DNA of 63,738 nt, the filler included, from Reticulomyxa filosa (Eukaryota > Protista > Foraminifera): assembly GCA_000512085.1 (NCBI GenBank). It is 17 parts of 17 records of this genome, joined end to end, with 100 filler letters (N's around TTAATTAATTAA, not from the genome) between each part and the next. Parts side by side here need not be neighbours in the genome. Positions count along the whole stretch, not along the records: positions 53,159 to 56,157 come from ASPP01029173.1; positions 56,258 to 57,732 come from ASPP01012098.1; positions 57,833 to 60,923 come from ASPP01014340.1; positions 61,024 to 62,251 come from ASPP01019665.1; positions 62,352 to 63,738 come from ASPP01017824.1; 12 more parts are not named here. One strand, written 5' to 3'. How positions within the stretch are numbered: the first letter of the stretch is position 1; each line of letters starts with the position of its first letter. The notes below the pieces were generated by a model, which was given only the letters and a program-made list of their open reading frames with translations, had not been told where the DNA came from and made no database searches. Below are positions 53,159 to 63,738 of the stretch, piece after piece. A program made the position numbers and the translations under genes.

Positions 53159-56157
53159 TGCGTTGGGCTCGAGCAAACGATAGGTCGCGTAGAGACAGTT
53201 GGCGCAATCAAAAATCCAGTTGAATAAGTCATGCAAGAAAAAAGGAGATAGAATGGGTTGGCGATCAAATAAGGTTGTTGTTATTGTAAATGTTCGTATC
53301 AATGACATTTGTCCATTCGACAAGGCCAAGATATTCCTCATAACAATGGCGACTAGAGCAGATAGATTTTGTATTTGGAAAGTATCAATTGTGATAACGT
53401 CAGAAGAGTTGGACAAGCTATACCAAATCAATCACAGACAACCTAGATCTTGATTCCGCGAACTACAAAATCAAGCTTGCCAAGCTAAAGAAAACGAAAA
53501 CGTGATGATCTAGCACAAAGTGGTAACGATTCAACATTACGGAGCCAGAGATTGGATTGATCGAAGAAGTGGAGCCAAGGAAGAAGATGACAATAATGTT
53601 GTTAGAAAATGATAACACAGATGGTCGAGCAAATCACGGCGTTTGAAGAATTACTTTATGTGCGAGCGGTTCAATTTGGTGGGAAACGAATCCAAGATCA
53701 CTGACAAAAAGGAGAGGAAGAAGCAAAGAAAGTGGATCCCAAGAGTTCGGGGGAGCTATACTACGATGGTTTGTTTTTATATATGTATATATAACGTTTC
53801 TAGGCTTTGCTGAGTTTGATTATGGAATGTCTATTTACGTACACGATTGGCGATTTTGCGCGTTTTCAGATATGGACGAACTTCTCATAGCGCCAATGGA
53901 ACTGCTGGATGAGTGTGGTAATGTCAAGACAGTGTCAACCTAAATAGTTGGAAGGAATTGTATATTCATATGTTGATAGCGAACAAGTATCTGCTTCTTA
54001 TTCAACAACAACAGCAAGAGCAGTTCTAATAGAATTCGATCTGCCGCTGCAACTCTACAACGGATGGCAAAGCATCAAAGAGGGTGTGTGGAGCTGCGAT
54101 TTATAGGATGCCAAGTACAAAAAGTCTTGTGAAATGGCCAATAAAAAAAAAAAAAGGAACAAACATCAATGGATCATTTACGACATTTTGGTTATTTGCG
54201 ATATCACATTGATTTGTGCTTTATGCGATGAACACTGCACACAAATCTAACAATTTTACATGTATGTTTATATCTACTCACAATGCAAGATCTTTTTTTA
54301 TTAAAATAAAAAAAACAATAATTGATACTTGTGTATATGTGTATATAGAGACAGATGCCGACAATAAAGCGAAAGCTGTGGTTAGTAGCGGTAATAGCAT
54401 CGTTTGAACTGTTTGTGGCATATATGTACCTGATACCTTGCGTAATGGGAAAAGCGTGGCCCTTTCAAATGATTTCACTAGGCTCGTATACAATGGTAGT
54501 GATCGTAAGTGGATTTTTGTTGACAATGTTGTTGGACGTTCGCTATCACGTTTCAATAACAGAGACAACAACAACCACGACGACAAGCACAGACATCTTC
54601 TATGGTCTCAAATAGTGGAAACATTGGAAACAGTGGTGATAGTTGTGTGTCATCCAATTTCAACAGCGCCGAAAGAAAGAGCTAATAAAATAGCGAAATC
54701 AGGATTGGGACACAAAGGAATTGTATTTGGAAATGTTAGCAGGCAGCAAGACGACCACCGACCGCCGGCCGCCGATAATAAGAAAAACTTGCCGTTGTGG
54801 AAATTAGTCTGTTTATGGATTGTTCACTTTTGCTGGACTGTCTCCGGAATGGGAATCTTCATTTCGTTGTTCTTGAAGTGTTGGATAATGCGGCCGGATA
54901 CAAGCATCGCGTAGTGTCCATCAAGTCGTCCATCAGCCCATAGCTATTTTGTACACATTTGCGTGGGTTTGAATCGACTTGAGTATTGAATTGTAATGCA
55001 GTTGAATCATGGCACGCAAGAAACAAGAAAGGCGAAGCCAATGCAAAAAGAAAGAAGAATACGTCCAAGACTGAAGAAGAAAAAATGAAATAATGGTATT
55101 CTCCCTCCTTGGATCGCGCCAGTCCAAACGTCGGACATGGTCGTTTTTGGAAATGCTATCGTCACAAGGGAGACCAGAGCGGATTGACTTCGTATTTTGA
55201 AAGAATCCAATCGCGATATGGCATTATAACAGTTGGACAAGAATCTTTCAAATAAATCCCGGACAATCTTGCTTTTGCAATCGAGCGGCACCAAGATCCA
55301 GTTTCCAAGATAAAAGAAAAGAAAAATGTGATTATATCGCGCAACGTACTAACGATATGAACATTACGGTGTCGCAACGGGATTTACTGAAGAAATAGAA
55401 AAAAATAAAGAAAAGGACGTGGACGTTGTTACATGTGTTGTGACCGAGTAAACTATGACATCAAAAGAATCATTTCATATGCAAATGTTCAATTTAATGG
55501 AGGAGTTATTCGAAGCTCAAGCCAAGATCATCCGCAAAACAAGACGGGAAGAGGGAGATGATAAACGTAAGAAAGAGAACGCCAAGAATCGGAGGGCTAT
55601 ATCGCGTTGGATTTTTAAAAAAAAAAAAAACGTTGTTGGCTTTGCTGGTTGTGGAATGAGTCTTCACACACGCAAATGACGGCTTTGCGCGCTCTCGGAC
55701 ATTGACTAACTTCATAATGCGCCAATCGAAGTTGCTGGATGATCGTAACAATATCAAGCGAAGTGGCAATGACGATATGATAATGGTGACAACGAAACGC
55801 AGCCTATGTTCTTCATTGTCAATTGTCGCAAGATATTGGACTGGTGTTGTGTGCACCGATATTGCGCGCCGTTTCTGTATTCCAGAGACTTTGGCTCGGT
55901 GTGCGCGGAAGACCTAATGTTGCTACATCATTTGTTACGAAGAGCAACAACGTCACACCAGTCGATAATTGGATCAACGACTCAAAAGCCGCTCCATCAT
56001 TTGGCGAAACAAAGTAATCAATCGCTTCAATGTGTTGGGGGTCTCTGGACCATGCTGGGTGGATACGTTGACAACGTCAGCGTCAATAGTCGATTGTATT
56101 GTACCCTCCTCATGAAGCGTCGTCGCTGTGGATACGTATTTGGCTACCAGCAACCGA
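53159..56157 (+). pseudogene. Heavily disrupted coding-like sequence of unknown family
   Basis: Coding-like composition over 3 kb, broken by frequent stops and frameshifts; no recognisable motif. Confidence 0.35.
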
Positions 56158-56907
56158 NNNNNNNNNNNNNNNNNNNNNNNNNNNNNNNNNNNNNNNNNNN
56201 NTTAATTAATTAANNNNNNNNNNNNNNNNNNNNNNNNNNNNNNNNNNNNNNNNNNNNTTTTTTTTACCCTTTTTATTGTTAGTGTAAATTTTTTTTTTTT
56301 TGTTTTTTGAGTGGCAGTTTTTTGATTTCTTTTTTTTTTTTTGTTATTATTTTATTTGGAAATCTCTGTGTGAAAAGATGGCTTGTTCGTTACAAATGTA
56401 AATGCGGTTTGACGTTAGAACATTGGCTTGCGGTGACTTACTTGTTTGCATTGATTGTTTTCGTTTAGTAATTACAATTTTCTTATTCATAAAAGTTTGG
56501 GACGAACATTTGATACACAAGATTGCTTTTTTTAAACCAAACAAACTATGACTTACTTTCGTTGTGTGCTTGGAAAACTTAATGTTGTAATGCTGTTGAT
56601 CGTGTTAAAAAAAAAGCTGTTCTTGCTTCATGTAGGACTAAAAATGCATATTTTGAACTCAATTGAAATATGATTTGTGGGAAAGAAAATATTATTTTCA
56701 TAAATTTTGAATGAAAATCCGAAAAAGATTTTAATTACTTGTATATCTAAACAGAATTAAAGCTTTCACTATTGCGCCTAATAAACATTTTATAATTTCA
56801 ATTTTTTTGTTTGTATAAAGTGACGTTATAAAAATAAATACTTACTTTCACGGAGACTCTTTTTCAAGGAAAGAACGGTGAACAGTTCGTTACGCAAGGG
56901 GCTGAAT

Positions 56908-57565
56908 ATGTCGCATATATCAAGCAATAGTGACCTTTCCACAGCAAAAGCAGAAGCAAAGAACCGACTAGTGCAGTGGTTGGAACAGCAAGGTCCTCCC
57001 GATTATCGAACAACGGTGGAACAGAACGGAGCATTTGTGAGAATAACCCGTGAGTTGGACAAGAAGAGATTAAGCGAGGTAAGTGATGAAGTGATAGGCG
57101 AATGGATGAAAGAGTGTTTAGAATGGTTGAAATCGGAAAAGAGAGAAAAAGAAGAGTGGATATCACTGCAAGACGGGAACATTGAAGGACAAGTTAATAA
57201 AAGAAATGAAATTCGAGGCACAGAGTGTGACTGATCGTTGTGTGGGCACATTGCTGGGAGTGTTCATTGGGGATGTCCTTGGAGCGCCGGTGGAAGGGAG
57301 GGATCACGAATGGATTAAGGAAGACTTTACATGTGCAGAAGGGATTAAATACATTATCCCTGGGAAGCACATGGGAGTCGACTATTTGGGGTATCGCTAC
57401 GGTATGTATACCGACGACACGCTCATGACTTTGGCTTTAGCCCAGGTCCTTGCACGTGAAAAAGGAGTGGTCGATGCTATCAAATGTGCGACACATTACG
57501 CACAATTTTGGAAGACCAATCCTATCGAACACGGTTTGCCCGACACCGCCAAAGACGTTTTGGAG
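56908..57565 (+). CDS. ADP-ribosylglycohydrolase (ARH/DraG family) with N-terminal extension, 3'-partial
   Basis: DRCVGTLLGVFIGDVLGAPVEG and GMYTDDTLMTLALAQ motifs; one frameshift near the A-run at ~57150. Confidence 0.88.
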
Positions 57566-57694
57566 GTTACATCTTTGTTCTCATACAAAAAAAAAAAAAA
57601 GGAGTGAGTGCATGATCGAGACAGTAATATTTGTCCATATAATTTACGACGTATAATATATACATATATGTACGTGTGTAATCCTACGTATACA

Positions 57695-57732
<38 letters not shown>

Positions 57733-58826
57733 NNNNNNNNNNNNNNNNNNNNNNNNNNNNNNNNNNNNNNNNNNNNTTAATTAATTAANNNNNNNNNNNN
57801 NNNNNNNNNNNNNNNNNNNNNNNNNNNNNNNNTATTTTTTTAAAAATTTGTCACATTAATTTTTTTTTTTTTTTTTTCAAATAAAGTCAAAAAATTTCCT
57901 TTCTCTTTTTCAAATACAAATCAGTGCTAAAAATCAAAGTTGAACAATGCATGTTTTATATCGTACCGAGGTGCGCATTGTGCCAAGATACTCTTAAAAT
58001 CTTGAATTAAAATTACGTGTACTTGTTTGTCGGATACTGTCTCTAAGGAGTACATCATTTTACAAACTTGTGCCACAGCTTCCAATACATCGCCCTTCCA
58101 TCCTAATGGATTGGCTCGGTTTATCTCTTGTTTATATTGGTCACTTAGGAAATATTCCACTAATACTTCAGTGTGCAGCAAACACTAGTATTTGTGTTTT
58201 ATGGATAATATGCAAACTGTGTCAATTGGCTTCTGCTTTTTCTCAAAAAAAAAAAAGCTTCAAAACTTGCAAAATTGAGGCAATAAATGAAGTATTAACC
58301 AAATTACGAATTCCACAAATCCCTCGAGATGCCTTTTCACTAGTGCTTGATTTTTCTTCTTTATGTTGTTCTGTCATATCTGTTTAACGGACGGGGAATC
58401 ACACCTTTAAGAAAAAAATTTATTGACAGGTTTTGCGTTGATTTTTTTTTTTGGTATTGCAAATGCAAGATAATATTTTTCTGAACAACTAATGATTTGA
58501 GAGTAGAAGCAAAGTGTTTATGTGAGATAACAAAAAAAAAGGGGAATTGAGAGAAATAGATGCAAACAGAAGAGGAATGCTACAATGTGTAAAATAATAA
58601 ACACTCTATACAACGAATGCAAAAAAGAAAAAAAAAAAGACAAGACAAAAAAGTTTCTTCAACTTGCATTGTTTCAAAGACAAACTAAAACAAAAATGAG
58701 TATCAATGTTATGGGATACATGGAGTTCTTTTTTTTTTGTAAAAAAAAAAAGGAGTGCATCATCTCACTCAAAATAGTATTTAAAATGTATTTCTATTTC
58801 TGTTTAAATTAATAACGAAGTGGCCA

Positions 58827-60923
58827 TCATAAAGACTCCAAAGTTTTGCCATCGTCATCCAGTATGACATATCTATCATCTTCAATGGAGTCTTTCCTTG
58901 CCACAGAGCCTTCTTCCGAGTCTGCAAAATCGTCAACAATATGCCGTAGCCAAATGGGTGCGGTGACTAATGCAGTGGTATTGGTGCGCTTATGCCCGCC
59001 TCGCTTAGCCGAGAGGGAAGTACCTATGATTATGTTTGCAAGTTGAAAGAATAATAAAAAAAAAGGACGAGTAATTGTTACACCACATATATACATATGC
59101 ATATGTACATATACACATATACGCATATACATATGTACATATATGCATATATATATATATATATATGTATACATAAATAATACCTTGTGAATGCATTTTT
59201 CAAAGACTTTATCAATATTTTTTCCGGTGGCAGCACTGCATTCAACAAAACTGACTTGGATGGAGTCTTCGTACATATCATTCAAGTTTTCATTTTTTGT
59301 ATCTTTTCCATCACTAGCACTTTCGTCGACACTAATTTCATCATCACCCTCATCCTCTTGCAGTGTTTGCCTTTGTTCCCGCTCTTGTCCTTGTCCTTGT
59401 CCTTGTCCTTGTTCCTGTTCCTCTTCTTCATCTTCATTGATGACGCGATCTTTTTCGAATATGGGTGACATCAAAGCAATTTTTTTGCCTCCATTGACAT
59501 CTCCATCGTTGGTGTCATCATTGGCCTGTGATTTCTCGTGACTATTTCTTTTGCGTGCAGACTTGTTTTTTTTTTCTTTTCGTCGTCGCTCTCTTCGTCG
59601 CTCCACGTGGTGTCCTTTTCGGCAAAGAGGATGTTAATGGAAGGTGCATTCCACATCGTCCCATTAACCTGTCTTCGAGTCAACACGTTTGTCGAGGATT
59701 TGGTGGGACTGTCGTGGTCGAGGCCATATCCCAACAGCGTGCTGGACGGACTAATGATCCCCGTTTGCGTAGTCCGTGAAGCACTGCTGCCAAACACATT
59801 GGAGACAGAGATACTGCTGCTGGTCTTGCCAATGGGTGTCAATTGGCTCGCCGTCCCTTGCGTTACACTTTCGTCGGATCTGTCCAATTCCGCCACCTCT
59901 CGTGGACTGCCTGCACGAGCGCCATTCGCAAAATGCTGTGCTGTCAATTGATTGTCCACGATCGGCTGCAATTTCGACTGAACAAAGTTGCGAATATCCT
60001 CGCGAGACAATATCCGAAGGTTTTTTTGGTCGCACTTGTTGGCCGCTACAACCACGGGAATGAAAGGTGTCTCCGTTACGTTGCGAGATGACTCACTTGC
60101 CACGGATGACGTGCGATTTTTGCGAACGAGTGGTAATTTCGTCAAAAAGTCCTGATATCTTTTTTTAAAGGCAAAGGTGCATGTAACATATACGTGCACA
60201 TATACATGTACATATATACGTATACATATGTACATGTATACGTATATACACATATGTACATATATTAATGTTCTTTTTTTTTTTTTCTTCCCGAAACTTG
60301 AACAACAATTGATCCAGTGAAGATCGGTCCGTGACGTCACACACCAACACAAGTACATTGACCTTTTCAAAAAAGGTATCCTCGGCCACGGCGTGGAAGC
60401 CCAGATCAATAATGTTGAGCGTGACTAGGAGGTCCATCTTCGTAATTCGAATTTGAGTTTTGCCGTCACTCAGTCGCTGAACCGTCGTCACGATGTTCCT
60501 GCCTTGTTGCAAGTCGTCACTCAGCGAGTTTGTGTGCATTACTGGGTTTTCCGCAAATATGTCCACCTTCTCAAGGCTGTTCGTCCCCCTTTCCGTCGCT
60601 TCTGGTTTCGATGTCGTTATCTCCTTTTTTGTACGTCTTTGCGATGGACGTGCATGGCTCTCACGAGAGCCATTATTTCTTGCCTTATTATATGTTATTT
60701 ATATATTATTATATAAATATATCTTTATCATTGTAACATAAATTTTGTTTATTTGTGTTTGTCAAAAAAAAAAAAAAATATTTGTAACATCGATCAAATC
60801 ATTGTCATCATCCTCTGAAGATGCATTGTCGGGTCCATTAGGATCCAAACTGATGGATTCCAACAGCTTGCCGAGATCGTTTCCCCAGTGATCATTGTTA
60901 TTGTTGTTGTTGTTGTTGTTGTT
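58827..60923 (-). CDS. Atypical Ras-superfamily (Rab-like) GTPase with very large insertions, 5'-partial
   Basis: LNIIDLG (degenerate G3), VLVLVCDVTDRSS, IPVVVAANKCD (G4), FVECSAATGKNIDKVF (G5). Confidence 0.75.
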
Positions 60924-61038
60924 NNNNNNNNNNNNNNNNNNNNNNNNNNNNNNNNNNNNNNNNNNNNTTAATTAATTAANNNNNNNNNNNNNNNNNNNNN
61001 NNNNNNNNNNNNNNNNNNNNNNNAAAAAGTAGATTACC

Positions 61039-61386
61039 TGTAAATTGCATACTTCTTCAATCCTTCCGAAATTGGCATATCCTCTGAAAAAGTACCCAGA
61101 CAACCCCTCAAATCATACTCTTCTTCTTTTCTTAATTTCTTTGACCAAGTTACAAATAATCCCCTTTTTTTTTTTGAGGATTGACAAGTAAATGATCTCA
61201 AAAACAAAACCAATTTTTTTAAAAAAAAAAGAGAGGTTTTTTAAACTACATTTTGCGATTGCTATGGGGCAACGGCCATGGAAAATCAGGCGCTTTTATT
61301 TTTGATAGTTTGCACCATAACGCATGAAAGCAATAGAGACAATGAAGAGGTGTTGCAACTTCCTCTTTTTCTGCTGATTTGGACAT
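61039..61386 (-). CDS. AMMECR1: AMMECR1-domain protein, 3'-partial
   Basis: HCLYCFHAL..., intron 61164..61249, then GLFVTWSKK...DLRGCLGTFS (LRGCxG signature). Confidence 0.85.
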
Positions 61387-62549
61387 TCCTTCTCGTGTAC
61401 TACTTTTTACTTTGCTCACTATTCCCACAACAAAGCAACCATATAATGATCAAAGCACGATATTCTTGCCAAGTATTTGCATTCACTAGGGGATAAAGAA
61501 AGACAATTTACCCGAACAGATGAGAAGAAAAGGGGAGACCCCATTTCAACAAAAATATACTCCATTTTGTGAGTTTTTTGGATAAAGTTGAATTTTGCAA
61601 ATATTGATCACACCAAAAGAGATTTTATAATTTTTTTAAGATTGGTTTAGTAATTGTATTCCCACGACTATTGACAAATTGTTATCTCTGGAACGGGGTG
61701 GTCAGCATTAGATATTTGCACATGTCTAATCGGTATTTCTGTATCACTAATTCAAAGAATATTTTTAAGAAAGCAATGTCATTGCAAGCTCACTCTCGTG
61801 AGATATTGTAAATGAAAACAAAAAAGAATAGGTCCGCTTTAAGCAAGATTGCAAAACATTTTTGTTGAAACAAGAAAAGCGCAAAGGAAACTTTTTCTCC
61901 CTTTTTTGAAGTTGTTCAGCGTCTTTCCTGTCCAAGTTTGCTGTTGGTGTGGGACTATTGTCGATTGTAGTATCGATATCGTTCAAGTCAAAGTTAAAGA
62001 AACTGTCTTCTTTGTCTTTTTTTGTTTTTTGCTTGACAACCCAAGTTTGGAGTGTAACGAAAACGCCACAATAAAATAGGATCGAGATTGAGATGGATTT
62101 ATGATTTCGGGTTATTGTCGGTTCCTGGTGGATTACAATGGAATTGGAATGGTGGGTACCAGTACTTAATGGAGCAATCAGCCAGAGTTCAACCAATTGT
62201 TGTTTTGGTAACATTGCGATGCATAGTCGCAACAAAGCGTGCGAAAGGCGGNNNNNNNNNNNNNNNNNNNNNNNNNNNNNNNNNNNNNNNNNNNNTTAAT
62301 TAATTAANNNNNNNNNNNNNNNNNNNNNNNNNNNNNNNNNNNNNNNNNNNNAAGAATGATATTTTTCTCCAACCTAAAAAAAAGTTATTCAAAAATCAAT
62401 ATCATATTTAAAAACTACAAGACTCGTAGATATTTTTTTTAAAAAAAATTAGCTTTAAATGTTTGTTTTTCATTAAGAAAATCTATCATCTTCATAAGGT
62501 GGCATTTTTGGTGTTCAGTTTTTTTTACAACCTGTATATACACAATTAA

Positions 62550-63480
62550 TATGTCCAGTAAATGCACTGGTTAATTTGACGACGAACAAAATGCATCAAA
62601 TCTAAAGTACATAGTTGCCTATTTAAAATAGATATGTTTATTTTTATTTGAATTAAAAAAAAGATTAAAATAAAATAAAACATAATATAATTGACAACGA
62701 GTTTGTCAAAATCATCAACCCATCCAAAGTTGATTTGTAATATACGAATCAAATACTGTATAATTATTTTAATCTTTTTTTCTTCACATATTATGTGATA
62801 GGTTTGATCTTTTTCGTTGGCATTCCATAAGTAATTAAAGAAGGAATTCTTGCTAGTTGAATAGCTCCTTCGATTATTGATAAAACAGATTTTTGTGGGA
62901 TTACAAATTTATATGTTGATCCATAGTGTTGTTTGAGCATATATTGCAAATAAGTAGATTTACTAAATCCACCCACCAAACAAATATATTTCAGTTTTCC
63001 ATTCAATATTTCGGTATTTTTTTGTAGCATTTTATCCATATATTCAATAATGTGATTAATTCTCAAATTAAATAATTTCATCTATAATTTACAATAAAGT
63101 GACAAATATGCTCCATCATACGAATGTCTATTATATACATATATGTATATATATATATTAAATAATTTAAAAAATCAAATAGTATTTTAAATAAATAAAC
63201 AAACAAACAAACAAATAAACCCTTTTTCTCCAAGATAATCCAATTTTGATATCACATCTTTCAAATTTCCATCAAAATTTATTTCCATAAATTGATTAAA
63301 TTCTAATGGCATTTCAATTCGATGTTGCCCAATTGTTTCTTTATTAAAAAAGAACTCTTTTTTACTTTTTTCAATATTTTCCAATAATTGAAAATATTGT
63401 TTATGATATGTCACTTGAAATTTTTTCATGGCAATGGTGAAGTATACAAGATGATGTGGAATTCTTAGATTACAGATTTA
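62550..63480 (-). pseudogene. HSPA12-like Hsp70 C-terminal fragment joined to a decayed WD40-family N-terminus
   Basis: YICLVGGFSKSTYLQ...FVIPQKSVLSIIEGA, then IIQYLIRILQINFGWVDDFDKLVVNY with the donor changed to AT, then a disrupted ATMYFRFDAF...TGH. Confidence 0.65.
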
Positions 63481-63738
63481 ATCTTAATTCTATTTTTTTT
63501 ATTTTGTGATTATTTAAAAAAGGATTAGCTTTACTTTCTCATTAAATGAAAAACAAATGATTTGCCAAATTATATTTTATTCTAAATTGTAATGCTTTTT
63601 TACTTTTGTTGCAATGATATATCTACTATGTTTATCCAATTCAATTGCCATATTATTATTGTAAATTAGTTGTTGTATTATTTTACTTTTCACTTGGTGG
63701 AAAAAAATTTTAATCATATACAGTAAAACTCTATCATT

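Noticed and set aside
57900-58387. Short plus-strand ORF ending IPRDAFSLVLDF (box-like motif)
   Set aside because: The upstream frame is inconsistent and the motif is too short to call
57130-59600. Programmed ribosomal frameshifting at A-runs (ARH, GTPase, also synapsin and SNF2)
   Set aside because: All shifts coincide with homopolymer runs in an assembly that is visibly homopolymer-error-prone; sequencing error is the default explanation

Overview
This is not one continuous locus. It is 17 short eukaryotic contigs or contig parts joined by 16 identical 100-nt artificial spacers (44 N + TTAATTAATTAA + 44 N), so gene neighbourhoods mean something only within a contig. The DNA is AT-rich, intron-rich, uses the standard genetic code and shows apparent homopolymer frameshift errors. 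Gene content points to a foraminiferan such as Reticulomyxa filosa (inference): a repeated 'WxR...GWIxxFxKxxxxY'-WD40 family, NACHT and HSPA12-like fragments, and orphan 7TM proteins. Recognisable genes are Rab2, PLRG1/Prp46, Fip1, a RAD5/SHPRH-type SNF2 helicase, an ADP-ribosylglycohydrolase, AMMECR1, a Qc-SNARE, a synapsin-like ATP-grasp protein, an IFT43-like gene missing from the ORF track, a zf-4CXXC_R1 protein, a 7TM-RGS, two orphan 7TM proteins, two PT-repeat surface proteins, WD40 genes and pseudogenes, and an atypical Ras-family GTPase. Mobile DNA includes two copies of a solo-LTR-like element and decayed LINE fragments containing a long hairpin. The most notable signals are: (1) a non-textbook intron grammar, with GTT donors, poly-A rather than polypyrimidine acceptors, and sometimes complementary intron ends; (2) a ~30-aa adaptor-like exon found on four unlinked contigs, ahead of WD40 repeats and fused to NACHT or Hsp70-like fragments; (3) a synapsin-like protein that probably ends in a CaaX box.
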